Assembly (NCBI GenBank): GCA_905182585.1
Contig: CAJJCC010000001.1
Coordinates: 96 to 64,095 of the forward strand
DNA length: 64,000 nucleotides
DNA from: an uncultured Flavobacteriales bacterium
GTDB lineage: Bacteria > Bacteroidota > Bacteroidia > Flavobacteriales_C > GCA-002722245
Direction: 5' to 3'
Shown one piece after another: positions 20,779-30,750 of the stretch; within the stretch, counting starts at the first letter, position 1; each line of letters opens with the position of its first letter. The position numbers and the translations under genes are program-made. A model generated the notes under the pieces. It was not told the origin of the DNA and did no database searches. It worked only from the letters and a program-made list of their open reading frames with translations.

Positions 20779-21681
20779 ATGAAAAAAATATTTTATTCTA
20801 TTATCTCATTAGCGTTGTTAGCTTGTGGTGGAGACGACAAAGAGACGGCGTTAACATCTGATATTTCATCAGAGATTCAAGTAGAAGATGAAATAATTTC
20901 AGCAAAACAAATTAAGGAGCTTAAAAATGCATCTAAAGTTGTTTATACGCTACCATCTCCAGTTGAAATGGCTGATATTCTAAACGAAACAAAAGCAGTT
21001 TATGATGTTTATATTTTAAACGATCCTGATGCTATTGATGGGTATGTAACAGATATGAAAAGGGCAATGAATCTTGGTGTTTACTTCGCCGATTTAAGTT
21101 TTACAAGTATGTTTGATTATGCTCAAGAGGCAATGAGGTTTATGGGAGCCGCACAAGCAATGTCGGACGAATTAAATATTCAAGGTGTTTTTACCGAGGA
21201 TGTGATGATGCGTATAGAGGAAAACATGAGCAACAAAGATTCATTAATCGATATTGTAGGATCAACCTACATGGATACCGATTTATATCTTCAGGATAAC
21301 GAAAGACCAGTTGTTGCAAAAGCAATCTTAGCAGGAGCTTGGTTAGAAGGCTTATATATTGCTGTTAGCTTGAAAACAGACTCGGAGCAAGAAAGTCAAA
21401 TTTGGCAAAAGGTGGGTGAGCAAAAGCCTGCTTTAGGAAATTTAGTACGTTTATTAGAAGATTGTAAAGATGCTCAGTTTGATTCGTTACTAATTGATTT
21501 AAGAAGCTTGGCAAAAACATTTGAAGCTGTTAAGCTTGATTACCAATCAACCAAAGCCGTAACAGATAAAGCATCAAAACGAACAACTTTAGGGGGTAAT
21601 TTAAATGTACTGATCGACGAAAAGACATACAATCAAATAAAAGCACAAACAATAGCCTTAAGAAACAACATTACTAAATAA
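20779..21681 (+). CDS. lipoprotein, unknown function
   Basis: ATG at 20779 gives MKKIFYSIISLALLACGG (lipobox). Mostly helical. The track start at 20770 is a GTG. Confidence 0.5.
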   Translation: MKKIFYSIISLALLACGGDDKETALTSDISSEIQVEDEIISAKQIKELKNASKVVYTLPSPVEMADILNETKAVYDVYILNDPDAIDGYVTDMKRAMNLGVYFADLSFTSMFDYAQEAMRFMGAAQAMSDELNIQGVFTEDVMMRIEENMSNKDSLIDIVGSTYMDTDLYLQDNERPVVAKAILAGAWLEGLYIAVSLKTDSEQESQIWQKVGEQKPALGNLVRLLEDCKDAQFDSLLIDLRSLAKTFEAVKLDYQSTKAVTDKASKRTTLGGNLNVLIDEKTYNQIKAQTIALRNNITK

Positions 21682-21682
21682 T

Positions 21683-22120
21683 TTGAAAAAGGTCCTAGCC
21701 ATATTAATCCTTTGCGGTTTTACTTTTTGCGCTCAAGCTCAAAACTGTAATCGCTTGGCAAAAAGATCTGTGAAAAACCTTGAGCCATTTCGTTTCAATG
21801 GTTCTTTAAATAAAGTATTGCTTTCCCGAGGTGAATCAGCAGAGTTGAGCTTAATCTTAAGAGGCGGGAAAAAGTACCGAATTTTAGTAGATGGAGGTAG
21901 TGTTATGGGGGCGCTAAGCTTCAAAATTTACGATCGTCATCAAACCTTAGTTTTCGATAACAGTAAGCATGATATGGCTCAATATTGGGATTTTAATATA
22001 GGCGCAACTCAAGAGTATCATATCGTAGTTACTTATCCAATTAGTGACGAAGGGTATAGTGATGTTACAACTCGCGGATGCGTTGCTTTAGCAGTTGGGT
22101 TTTTAGACAACAATCCATAA
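21683..22120 (+). CDS. small secreted beta-rich protein, unknown function
   Basis: 145 aa with TTG start and signal peptide MKKVLAILILCGFTFCAQA. Begins 1 nt after the previous stop. Confidence 0.45.
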   Translation: MKKVLAILILCGFTFCAQAQNCNRLAKRSVKNLEPFRFNGSLNKVLLSRGESAELSLILRGGKKYRILVDGGSVMGALSFKIYDRHQTLVFDNSKHDMAQYWDFNIGATQEYHIVVTYPISDEGYSDVTTRGCVALAVGFLDNNP

Positions 22121-22153
22121 TAATTTATGTAATTTTGGTTGAAATATTCAACC

Positions 22154-22906
22154 ATGAAAATATTCTTTTTAACCTTATTGACATCATTGTCTTTATTCTC
22201 TTGTAGAGTTGAAGAACACGAGCCTGTTTACACTGCAAGTAATATTTACCGAATTCCTTATGGAGAAACAGGGACTTTAGCTGCTGGTAATTACACTGGG
22301 AAAGGAGTTGTTATAAACTCAGCCGGTACTACCGTAATTATTGAAGGTGTCACAACGGTAGACGCATTATCTATTTTAGGAAAAGTTATAATTCCCAGAG
22401 GTGCCGTTTTAATAGCCAATAATCTTGTTAATGTAGGAGGAGGTTCTAGTATTGATGTTAAAGGAACATTAATAACGCAAACTTTTACTCAAGTAGGGAA
22501 TACTTATGTTTCTGGAGGCTATGTTGAGGTTAACGGAAAATTAACCATCGGAGGAGGAACTACATTGTACTTAGAGAGTTCTCAAGTAGAAGTCGATGAA
22601 TTAGTAATTACTGGAAATATTCAAGCGATTGATAACTTAGTAACGCAAGCTGCTAACTGGTATTCTTTAATTGAACTTACTGGAGGAAAGCTTTTGCATA
22701 GAGGCGGTGGAATAAAAATTTGCGGTCCAGTGTTATTTAATTCCAACGTTGATAATGGAGTAGCGGAAGAAACACTTGTAAATGTAACAGAGGCTTCAAT
22801 TACGAACAACGAATTCGTTCAAACTGTGTATGGCTTAGCTTCTAGTGATAGCTTGTATCAATATAATGATAACTGCGAAGGATTGGCTTTGATGCCTGCT
22901 CATTAA
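22154..22906 (+). CDS. lipoprotein with beta-helix-like G/T/V-rich repeats, unknown function
   Basis: ATG at 22154 gives MKIFFLTLLTSLSLFSC (lipobox). Repetitive segments such as GxxVxIxG / VNGKLTIGGGTTL. Confidence 0.45.
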   Translation: MKIFFLTLLTSLSLFSCRVEEHEPVYTASNIYRIPYGETGTLAAGNYTGKGVVINSAGTTVIIEGVTTVDALSILGKVIIPRGAVLIANNLVNVGGGSSIDVKGTLITQTFTQVGNTYVSGGYVEVNGKLTIGGGTTLYLESSQVEVDELVITGNIQAIDNLVTQAANWYSLIELTGGKLLHRGGGIKICGPVLFNSNVDNGVAEETLVNVTEASITNNEFVQTVYGLASSDSLYQYNDNCEGLALMPAH

Positions 22907-23198
22907 TTACTTGGTGTTGTTAATTTAACAGGTCAGATAATTTTTGTTTCAAATACAACAAAGAAAATATATTTTTTTGTTGTATTATTTGCACCATAAA
23001 TAATGGTGCTTTAAAGGTTTTAACACTTTCTTATTACTTAAGTATTAAGTTTAGGATAGAGTTGTATGGCTTGTAGAATAATATAATTAATATTTGAGAT
23101 TGATTAAAACTTGCAGTTGAACTAAAAAAAGGTATTCGGAATACTATCGGGTTATAAATATTCCTTTTCCTCACAATTCCTAGAGGAAATATCAAATA

Positions 23199-23897
23199 CT
23201 ATTTTTTTGTAATTCTACCGGTATATGCTGGTTCTTCTTGATGAATTATTTCAAAATTATAGGCATCACCAAGTAACTCAATTATTTTATCGGCATCGTA
23301 ATATGCCCAATTAAACCAACTGTCTTCTTGGTTTTTGTACTTTAATTTGAATTCAACAAAACCAGTATAGTCTAAGTTTAGCGGTAAGGAAAGACTTCCG
23401 TCTTCTAATTCATAGCAAAAAGCGATATCTGTGCTGTCGAACAAGATTTGACCACCTTCATTTAAAAGTTCGAAAGACCGATCGATTGTTTTCTGAAATA
23501 ATTCAAATGACCCCCCAATTCCAATTCCATTCATCATAAACAGCAACGTGTCGAATTTCTGATCTGTTTTCCATTTAAAAAAATCAGCTTCAATTACATT
23601 TTTAACACCTCTTTTAATGGAAGCTTGGCATAATCCAGGAGAGAAATCAAGCATGGTTGTATCCAACCCTTTTTCCTGTAAAACCAAACAATGGCTACCA
23701 ACACCACCACCAACGTCTAAAACTTTTCCTTTGGTTATTTCAATTGCTTTTTGTTCACAATCAGGCATTTGATCTAAGCTTCTGAATAAATGTTCTACCG
23801 GAATCACATCGTCTTCCATTGTTTTGGATTCAACATAAATGAACTCATCATGATCGTTGTTCAAAAAATCTAAAGCCGCATTTCCAAAAGCATCCAT
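23199..23897 (-). CDS. class I SAM-dependent methyltransferase
   Basis: Motif I VLDVGGGVGSH. The likely start is MDAFGNAALDF at 23897 rather than the track start at 23954. Confidence 0.7.
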   Translation of the reverse strand: MDAFGNAALDFLNNDHDEFIYVESKTMEDDVIPVEHLFRSLDQMPDCEQKAIEITKGKVLDVGGGVGSHCLVLQEKGLDTTMLDFSPGLCQASIKRGVKNVIEADFFKWKTDQKFDTLLFMMNGIGIGGSFELFQKTIDRSFELLNEGGQILFDSTDIAFCYELEDGSLSLPLNLDYTGFVEFKLKYKNQEDSWFNWAYYDADKIIELLGDAYNFEIIHQEEPAYTGRITKK

Positions 23898-24026
23898 AAT
23901 TCGAGAATTGATAGGAATTAAAGGTAACGATATAATATGGCAACTTTTAAACACAACGATTGTGGATTAAACATTTTATTACGGTTAAAACTGGAACTTA
24001 AATCGCTTATTATTGTAAGTAATAAT

Positions 24027-24908
24027 ATGCGCGCACTTTGTATTAAAATTTCATTTCTATTGGCCATTTTTTTTACAAATGGAATAGCACAAAACGGTCC
24101 TGATGTTGTTTTGCCAGATACGGCAAAACCAATGTTTAAAAAGGTGATGATCATCCCTTTTGAGGAAAGTATGTATTTGTGTGGTGTCCAAAGCTTTTTA
24201 GCGCAAGAGAGTGGAAAAACACACGATGAAATTGTGAAATATTTTAGAGAGTCGGTTGCGTTGGAATTACAAAATCAGTTTCTGTTTAAGTACAATACAG
24301 TTTCTTTATTACATTACAACGATACTGCACGAGATTTGTTTAGAGCTTACGATGCTGTTAAATATAAGTTTGAAATTGCTCCAGTTGAGGTAGAAGAAGA
24401 CGAAGAAACTGAAAACAAAACTTTATCCCGAGCGAAGAACTTATTTAAAAAGAGGGAAGAGGACAATAATTATAATCGAGGTTCAACGGCAGGTGGACAA
24501 ATTAGATCAACAAAAAATACCGCTCAGAAATTTGCAAATGTTGTAGTAACTAAGCCTGAAAGCTTAACCTATTTAAGTAAAAAGTATAATACAGACTTGT
24601 TTGTTTATATTACAGAAATGGATATCGAAAATGATATTTCGAATCAAATGTCTTTCATTAACAACGAATATAAACGAATACTGAAAATCCACTTCAGTAT
24701 GGTAAATAAAGATGGTAAGGTAATCGAGAAAGGTTTGGTTGCAGTTACCTTTCCAAATTCAGAAAACAATATTAATAACATTAGAACTCTTTATTTACCT
24801 ATTGCTGCAAAAAAGTTGTGTGATAAACTTCCTTTTACACCAACTCCAATGGTTGACCCGAACAAAAAAGGAAAGGCTGTAAGGGCTACCGATAAGGTTA
24901 AGAGATAG
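24027..24908 (+). CDS. secreted hypothetical protein
   Basis: ATG at 24027 gives the signal peptide MRALCIKISFLLAIFFTNGIAQ. The upstream extension in the track overlaps the divergent methyltransferase. Confidence 0.45.
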   Translation: MRALCIKISFLLAIFFTNGIAQNGPDVVLPDTAKPMFKKVMIIPFEESMYLCGVQSFLAQESGKTHDEIVKYFRESVALELQNQFLFKYNTVSLLHYNDTARDLFRAYDAVKYKFEIAPVEVEEDEETENKTLSRAKNLFKKREEDNNYNRGSTAGGQIRSTKNTAQKFANVVVTKPESLTYLSKKYNTDLFVYITEMDIENDISNQMSFINNEYKRILKIHFSMVNKDGKVIEKGLVAVTFPNSENNINNIRTLYLPIAAKKLCDKLPFTPTPMVDPNKKGKAVRATDKVKR

Positions 24909-25513
24909 GTTTTTAATCTAAGCGTTTGAAACTTAAGTTATTCATAATAATTTTTAATAAGATTCTAATTATTTCGACAAGGTTATTAATGTCTTAAACT
25001 GGTAAAAATTCTTTCTTTACTAACCGTGTTTTTTTAATGAAGTATAGTGGTTTGAAATAACAATCCATTGGGAGTTTGTTGCCATTAATTATTGTTAATC
25101 GAAAAGGATCTACATCTGATTTTAATAAGGATTACATAGCTATTTTTTGTAGTCTTAACGAACAGTTTATACCTTTTGTAATTCATCAAAAGTTGTTTAG
25201 TAATATGATCTTTTATGTAACTACGAATCAAAAGTGAGTTTTGACCTAAGCTTAGTAAAGGAAATGAATAATAAAACTTTTTACGCTATTATAATTAGTG
25301 GCTGGTATAAAAGATACTGGACATAAAATATTTTTTCACAGGTTAAAATTACTTTTTCACAGAATTATTATTCGTTTAAGTAGAATAGTATCGGATGAAA
25401 ATTAGTAATTACTGTATAATTAAATAGAATTAGCAATTATATTGATTCGCTAATCCATCAATTACTATTAAGACGTTCTTTACCCACACAACACACTTAA
25501 ATCCTAATTACAA

Positions 25514-25597
25514 AGTGTCGGTTCTTTCAGCATGTCGTTTAAGGCTTATCCCAATCAGCTCACTAAACGTTGAAAGAACTGGCACTTTTCTTTTTTA
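25514..25597 (+). terminator. orphan long hairpin plus U-tract (terminator/attenuator-like) upstream of the ABC exporter
   Basis: 16-bp stem AGTGTCGGTTCTTTCA (25514..25529) / TGAAAGAACTGGCACT (25571..25586) with 2 G-U pairs. Inner helix CGTTTA/TAAACG. Followed by TTTCTTTTTT. Lies about 600 nt from the nearest upstream gene. Confidence 0.45.
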
Positions 25598-25650
25598 CCG
25601 TCCATATATAATGTTTGACTTTCTTTTTTATTTTCGTTTAGCTTTGTTTT

Positions 25651-27417
25651 ATGGAGAAATCTAAAGAAAAAGCAAAAAGCAATGTTTCTATTGGTCAAAT
25701 ATTCAGGACTCTTATCTGGCCAAGGAAGGGGAAGGTTTTTACTGGATTATTCTTAATTATTCTAAGTAGGGCTGCAAGTTTGGTGATACCATGGCAAAGT
25801 CAAGAGTTATTGGATAATGTTGTGCCAAATAGTGACATGTCTGGTTTATATAACGTTTTATTCATTGTTGTAGCAGCTTTATTTATCCAATCCTCAGTTG
25901 GTTTTTTGTTAACGAAACTATTAAGTGTTGAAGCACAATTATTAATATCAGAGCTAAGAGCTAAAGTTCAACGAAAGATTTTATCCCTACCTATTTCCTA
26001 TTTCGATAATAGTAAGTCAGGAGAATTGGTTTCTCGAATCATGACTGACGTAGAGGGGGTTCGAAATATTATAGGAACTGGACTGGTTCAATTAGTAGGA
26101 GGAACGTTAACGGCCATAGCTTCTCTCTTTTTTCTGATTAAGATAAATGCTTGGATGACTCTATTTGTATTACTTCCTGTTGCTTTATTTGCCGTAATTG
26201 CCCTGAAGGCTTTTGGTTATATCCGTCCGATTTTTAGAAATAGAGGGAAGATAAATGCACAAGTAACGGGAAGGTTAACCGAAACCTTAAACGGTGTACG
26301 GGTTATTAAGGGCTTTAATGCTGAAGAACAAGAAAATAAGGTGTTTCAAAAAGGAGTCGATCGTTTATTTGAAAACGTAAGAAAAAGTTTAACCGCAACT
26401 GCAATAATTACGAATTCATCAAAGTTTCTTTTAGGTTTAGCTTCTGCTGGGATTATGGGTATTGGTGGATATTTTATGATGGAAGGGAGTGGTGAAAACT
26501 CGATGACAACAGGAGAGTTTTTCTCTTTTACACTTTATTTAGGTTTCATGATTGCGCCAATTGTGCAAATGAGTAATATCGGTAGTCAAATGACTGAAGG
26601 ATTTGCTGGATTAGATCGTACAGAGGAAATTATGAATTTAGATCCTGAAGATGATAAGGCAGTTAGAACGATAATTTTAAAAGAGTTAAAGGGAGATATT
26701 GAATTTAAAGATGTTTCTTATTCATATGATGAAGGAAAAGAGGTGATTCATAACCTTAATTTCAAGGCTGAAAAAGGCAGCATAACTGCTCTTGTTGGAA
26801 CATCAGGAAGTGGTAAGTCTACGATAGCTGGTTTAGCAGCAAGTTTTTTAACCCCTTCAGATGGGGTTGTAACAATTGATGGGAATGATTTATCTAAGGT
26901 GAATTTATCTAGTTACCGACAAAACTTAGGACTTGTTTTACAAGATGATTTTTTATTTGAAGGAACGATTAGAGAAAATATTTTATTTCCAAGACCTAAT
27001 GCTACTGAAGCTGAAGTTTTAAATGCAGTGAAATCTGCTTATGTAGATGAGTTTACTGATCGATTTGATGACGGATTGGATACAACGATTGGTGAAAGAG
27101 GAGTGAAGCTTTCTGGTGGGCAACGTCAACGAATTACGATAGCAAGAGCTATTTTAGCTGATCCTAAAATTATTATTTTAGATGAAGCAACATCCAATTT
27201 AGATACTGAAAGTGAATCGTTAATCCAAAAGAGTTTAGCCAAATTAATTGAAGGACGAACTACTTTTGTAATTGCGCACAGGTTGAGTACAATTAGACAA
27301 GCAACTCAAATTTTAGTTATTGAAAAAGGTAAGGTAGAAGAGCAAGGAACGCATGATGAATTGATTATAAAGGAAGGAAGATATCATCAGTTGTTTACTT
27401 ACCAAAGTAGAATTTAA
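25651..27417 (+). CDS. ABC transporter, fused permease/ATPase (MsbA-like exporter)
   Basis: 588 aa. Six-helix TMD, then Walker A GTSGSGKST, signature LSGGQRQR, Walker B IIILDEATS. Confidence 0.9.
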   Translation: MEKSKEKAKSNVSIGQIFRTLIWPRKGKVFTGLFLIILSRAASLVIPWQSQELLDNVVPNSDMSGLYNVLFIVVAALFIQSSVGFLLTKLLSVEAQLLISELRAKVQRKILSLPISYFDNSKSGELVSRIMTDVEGVRNIIGTGLVQLVGGTLTAIASLFFLIKINAWMTLFVLLPVALFAVIALKAFGYIRPIFRNRGKINAQVTGRLTETLNGVRVIKGFNAEEQENKVFQKGVDRLFENVRKSLTATAIITNSSKFLLGLASAGIMGIGGYFMMEGSGENSMTTGEFFSFTLYLGFMIAPIVQMSNIGSQMTEGFAGLDRTEEIMNLDPEDDKAVRTIILKELKGDIEFKDVSYSYDEGKEVIHNLNFKAEKGSITALVGTSGSGKSTIAGLAASFLTPSDGVVTIDGNDLSKVNLSSYRQNLGLVLQDDFLFEGTIRENILFPRPNATEAEVLNAVKSAYVDEFTDRFDDGLDTTIGERGVKLSGGQRQRITIARAILADPKIIILDEATSNLDTESESLIQKSLAKLIEGRTTFVIAHRLSTIRQATQILVIEKGKVEEQGTHDELIIKEGRYHQLFTYQSRI

Positions 27418-27440
27418 TAGAGAGTAGATTTTAATAATAA

Positions 27441-27470
27441 AAGCCTTAGGATTATTCCTGAGGCTTTTAT
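27441..27470. terminator. bidirectional intrinsic terminator
   Basis: 10-bp stem AAGCCTTAGG / CCTGAGGCTT with loop ATTATT, A-rich upstream and TTTTAT downstream. Lies between convergent genes. Confidence 0.6.
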
Positions 27471-27493
27471 TATTAAAATAAGATTCTTACTTC

Positions 27494-28315
27494 TTACCAA
27501 AGTATAATGTCATATTCTTTATCGTCTATATTTACTGTAGCTTTTAAATCACAAGTTCCATCACCATAATCTAATGTTCTTGTGCTCATTTCACTTGGAG
27601 TTACTTTTAATTCTCCTTCAACGATTCTGGTACATGATGAGTTAAACTTTAATGGTTTCCCAGTGGTTATTGTAAAGGCAGTACCTTCTGTATTTACGCC
27701 ATTGATTGAACCTTCGATTAAGACAAACGATTCACCGTCAACTAAATCATTTTTATGAATTCGATCTGAATTCCATTGAATAGTTTGAGTTTTATCAGGA
27801 CTTGTTAATTGACCTCCTGTTACTAAAACATGATCAATAGAATTTCCTAATGAAAATTCTATGGCAGTTTTTTCAACTGTTTTTATTCCTTCAACTTTAT
27901 AATCATCAATGAAAAAGTCGTTTAACTCAACTTTAGTTGTTGTTCCTATAGTACTTCTTTTTCCATCTTGTGTAATTAAAACTTTTCCTTTTATGATTCT
28001 ACCTCGCCATTCGCATCCATCTGTCCCGTAATTAATCCAAATAGTATCTATATATTCATTGTTACTACTTAGGCTAAACATAATATTTATAAATGAGTCA
28101 GTATCTGCTAAATAGGAATAGCTTGCTCCTACTCCTAAGTGCTCCTGTTCTAGTTTGTCAACTTCTGTATTTACAATAGATTCGATGTGGTTAAAAGCTG
28201 CATCAGCTAATTGAATGTCTTCTGATGTAATTGTGTTTATATTTTCTTTTTTACAGGACAACAAAGAGAATCCTACGGTTAATAAACTAAGTAATAATTT
28301 TTGTACTGATTTCAT
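27494..28315 (-). CDS. lipoprotein, unknown function
   Basis: 273 aa with lipobox FSLLSC. Beta-rich. Confidence 0.5.
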   Translation of the reverse strand: MKSVQKLLLSLLTVGFSLLSCKKENINTITSEDIQLADAAFNHIESIVNTEVDKLEQEHLGVGASYSYLADTDSFINIMFSLSSNNEYIDTIWINYGTDGCEWRGRIIKGKVLITQDGKRSTIGTTTKVELNDFFIDDYKVEGIKTVEKTAIEFSLGNSIDHVLVTGGQLTSPDKTQTIQWNSDRIHKNDLVDGESFVLIEGSINGVNTEGTAFTITTGKPLKFNSSCTRIVEGELKVTPSEMSTRTLDYGDGTCDLKATVNIDDKEYDIILW

Positions 28316-28804
28316 AATCCTACTTATTCTTATTGTGACAGACTCTGAAAAGTCTTACAGGTTGCCTTCGCTTATTTGATAAATAACAAGAAAATTTTAT
28401 TCTTTTAAAATCTTGACGGTTATTCCCTGATTTTTAGTAAAGTAAGTCTTTTTTAATTAGGATTTATAAATCCTAATTATTTCTATTTCCGAAAGGCTCT
28501 AGTGAAAAATTTATTGAGTATTTAAAATTTTAGAACGGCTACTGTATTTGTAAGATTAATCAAACTTGAAACGGGATTTCGAATAATGACAGTTTTTATA
28601 TTGTTTGTCCGATAACTAAATTGATCAATTACTATTTTATTCATTAGCGCTTGAGATAATCCTTAGAAGGAAACAAAATAATACCATAAATGATTACATT
28701 TTTAAGTATTTCTTGAGTTTGAAGTTTAGCTACAAGAAGATAGATTATTGTTCTTCCTGAAAAAGGACTCAATAAATTTATGCTGTCTTTTTGGATGTAA
28801 ATGA

Positions 28805-30604
28805 TTACTTAACCACAAAATTTCGGTTGATACTGCCTTGAGAGTTTTGAACACTTAGAATGTAAACTCCTTTTTTATAGCTTGATACATCAATTTGATG
28901 CGACAAATTCGTGTTTTTGAATGCTCCTATTTGTACTATCCTACCTTGTAAATCCAAAACATGGTAATTACTTTTTTCATCTGACTCAAATTGAATGTTT
29001 AATATTTTTGATGTTGGGTTTGGACTTATTATTAGGTTTTTATAATTGTTTATATTTTTAGTTGAAGTGATTTCATTAACAGTATATATGTAAACGGAGT
29101 AATCTTCAGCCTGTCCATATTGAGGGTCATGGCAAGCATCTGAAATTGGATTTAAATCAACCAAAACCCTTAGTTTTAAAAACTTGTCTGTTTCGGCATA
29201 GCTTGGAATAGTTACATTAATAGAATCATATATATCTGCTTTTATTTGATTATCGTAAATTTCCTCAAGGGCAGAAAAGCTATTGTCATCATTGTAATCA
29301 ATCCATGCTTTAATGTGGTTTGTGTTTACGACATTTCCTTTTGCCAAGATTTTAAATTTATATGTTGAATCAGGGTTAACAAAAGCAGTTGCTGCGCAAT
29401 TGTTAGTTTCATTCAAATAACCTCCGTCAGTATCTGCAAAGCTCGATATGTTAAAAGCATCGAAGAATCTATATTCACCAATTCCTGCATAGTGTGCCGA
29501 AAGGCCATCAGCTTCAGTAGTAGGTGTGCAATTAGCATTAAGTTTTACTGTTTCACATGGAACAATAGGTTCTTTTAAAGCTTTGGATGATAATAGTAGC
29601 TTTCTAGATCCTTTAAGAGTTGCACGCATTCTATCCTTTTGATCAGCCGAAAACATTTCCTGACATTCTTGTTTAGAGTAATCCATAAAATTTCGGACTA
29701 CATTTCCATATATATTCCCGGTACATTCATTAATTTCATTTATTTTGCAAGAGTTACTCGAACTCGCTTTATGCGGATCAGTATCACAACAGAAATCTCC
29801 CTGTGTTGTGCATGAAACATTATTCACGCACCCTGCAGCAGTTGTGTCGGAACCCTCTCCTTGTACATGAAAGGTGTGATATAATCCTAGCGAATGTCCT
29901 AATTCATGAATAAGGGTGGTTCCTTGGTTATTCCACCCGTTTACAGTTCCTATATTCCCCCAAGATGTATTCATAATAATTGTACCGTCATATGTTGCTG
30001 ATGCTCCTGGGAAATAGGCAAATCCTTGGGTACCATAACCACCGTTATTACCTTCTATTTCTGATACGATCCAAATGTTGTAATAATTGTTGTTATCCCA
30101 TTTACTAGTGTTCTTTAATTCAACTTCATCTGCCCCTAATAATTGTAAAGCGATTCCGTCTTCCGCATAGCCAGCTACACTAGACGCATCTACCCTTAAA
30201 ATACCATTTGTGCTTCCTCCATTGGGTGTTTGTTTGGCTAACTCGAATTGAATATTCATATCAATTCCTTCGTTATTTGTATTGGAAAAGGCTTCATTTA
30301 ACTGCGTAATTCCACTAAATATTTGTGCGTCAGAAATATTATTCCCTACTCCTTCATCTTCTCCTAAGTGTAAAACATGAATGACTAATGGGATGGTGTA
30401 AAGTTGTTCAGGTTCTTTTAAAGTGTAATTATGTTGAATTATTTTTTGGAGATTTTTCTCTAATTTTTGTTGGTTAACCTTTTCCCCTGGATGATTTTTG
30501 AAGTAATTCGAATTGATAAAATCAGTTCCACATTTTTTAGGATGTTGTGCATTTGCAAAAACAGTAATAAATAGAGCGCAAAGTACTAAACTTAACTTTT
30601 TCAT
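28805..30604 (-). CDS. secreted zinc metalloprotease (M43 pappalysin/cytophagalysin-like) with T9SS C-terminal sorting domain
   Basis: 599 aa. Signal peptide, HELGHSLGLYHTF (HExxHxxGxxH), a Cys-rich region, and a C-terminal ~80-aa Por-secretion-tail-like domain (ISPNPTSKILNIQF...GVYILSVQ). Confidence 0.8.
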   Translation of the reverse strand: MKKLSLVLCALFITVFANAQHPKKCGTDFINSNYFKNHPGEKVNQQKLEKNLQKIIQHNYTLKEPEQLYTIPLVIHVLHLGEDEGVGNNISDAQIFSGITQLNEAFSNTNNEGIDMNIQFELAKQTPNGGSTNGILRVDASSVAGYAEDGIALQLLGADEVELKNTSKWDNNNYYNIWIVSEIEGNNGGYGTQGFAYFPGASATYDGTIIMNTSWGNIGTVNGWNNQGTTLIHELGHSLGLYHTFHVQGEGSDTTAAGCVNNVSCTTQGDFCCDTDPHKASSSNSCKINEINECTGNIYGNVVRNFMDYSKQECQEMFSADQKDRMRATLKGSRKLLLSSKALKEPIVPCETVKLNANCTPTTEADGLSAHYAGIGEYRFFDAFNISSFADTDGGYLNETNNCAATAFVNPDSTYKFKILAKGNVVNTNHIKAWIDYNDDNSFSALEEIYDNQIKADIYDSINVTIPSYAETDKFLKLRVLVDLNPISDACHDPQYGQAEDYSVYIYTVNEITSTKNINNYKNLIISPNPTSKILNIQFESDEKSNYHVLDLQGRIVQIGAFKNTNLSHQIDVSSYKKGVYILSVQNSQGSINRNFVVK

Positions 30605-30750
30605 AAATAGGTATTTGAACAGATGAGTTTACCAAAAATTATTTAAAAGGTTTCAAATATGACGAATTCATAAATTGATAGATTAAAAATTAATTTTCGC
30701 CGACAAGTTCAATGTTTTAGACGATTTCGCGTGCTTTTAGGCTCTATTAT

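Noticed and set aside
25332-25362. Two TTTTTCACAG direct repeats 21 nt apart, considered as a repeat array or iteron.
   Set aside because: There are only two copies of a 10-mer in AT-rich non-coding DNA. That is too little for a CRISPR, iteron or tandem-repeat call, so they are mentioned only as context for the 25-kb spacer.
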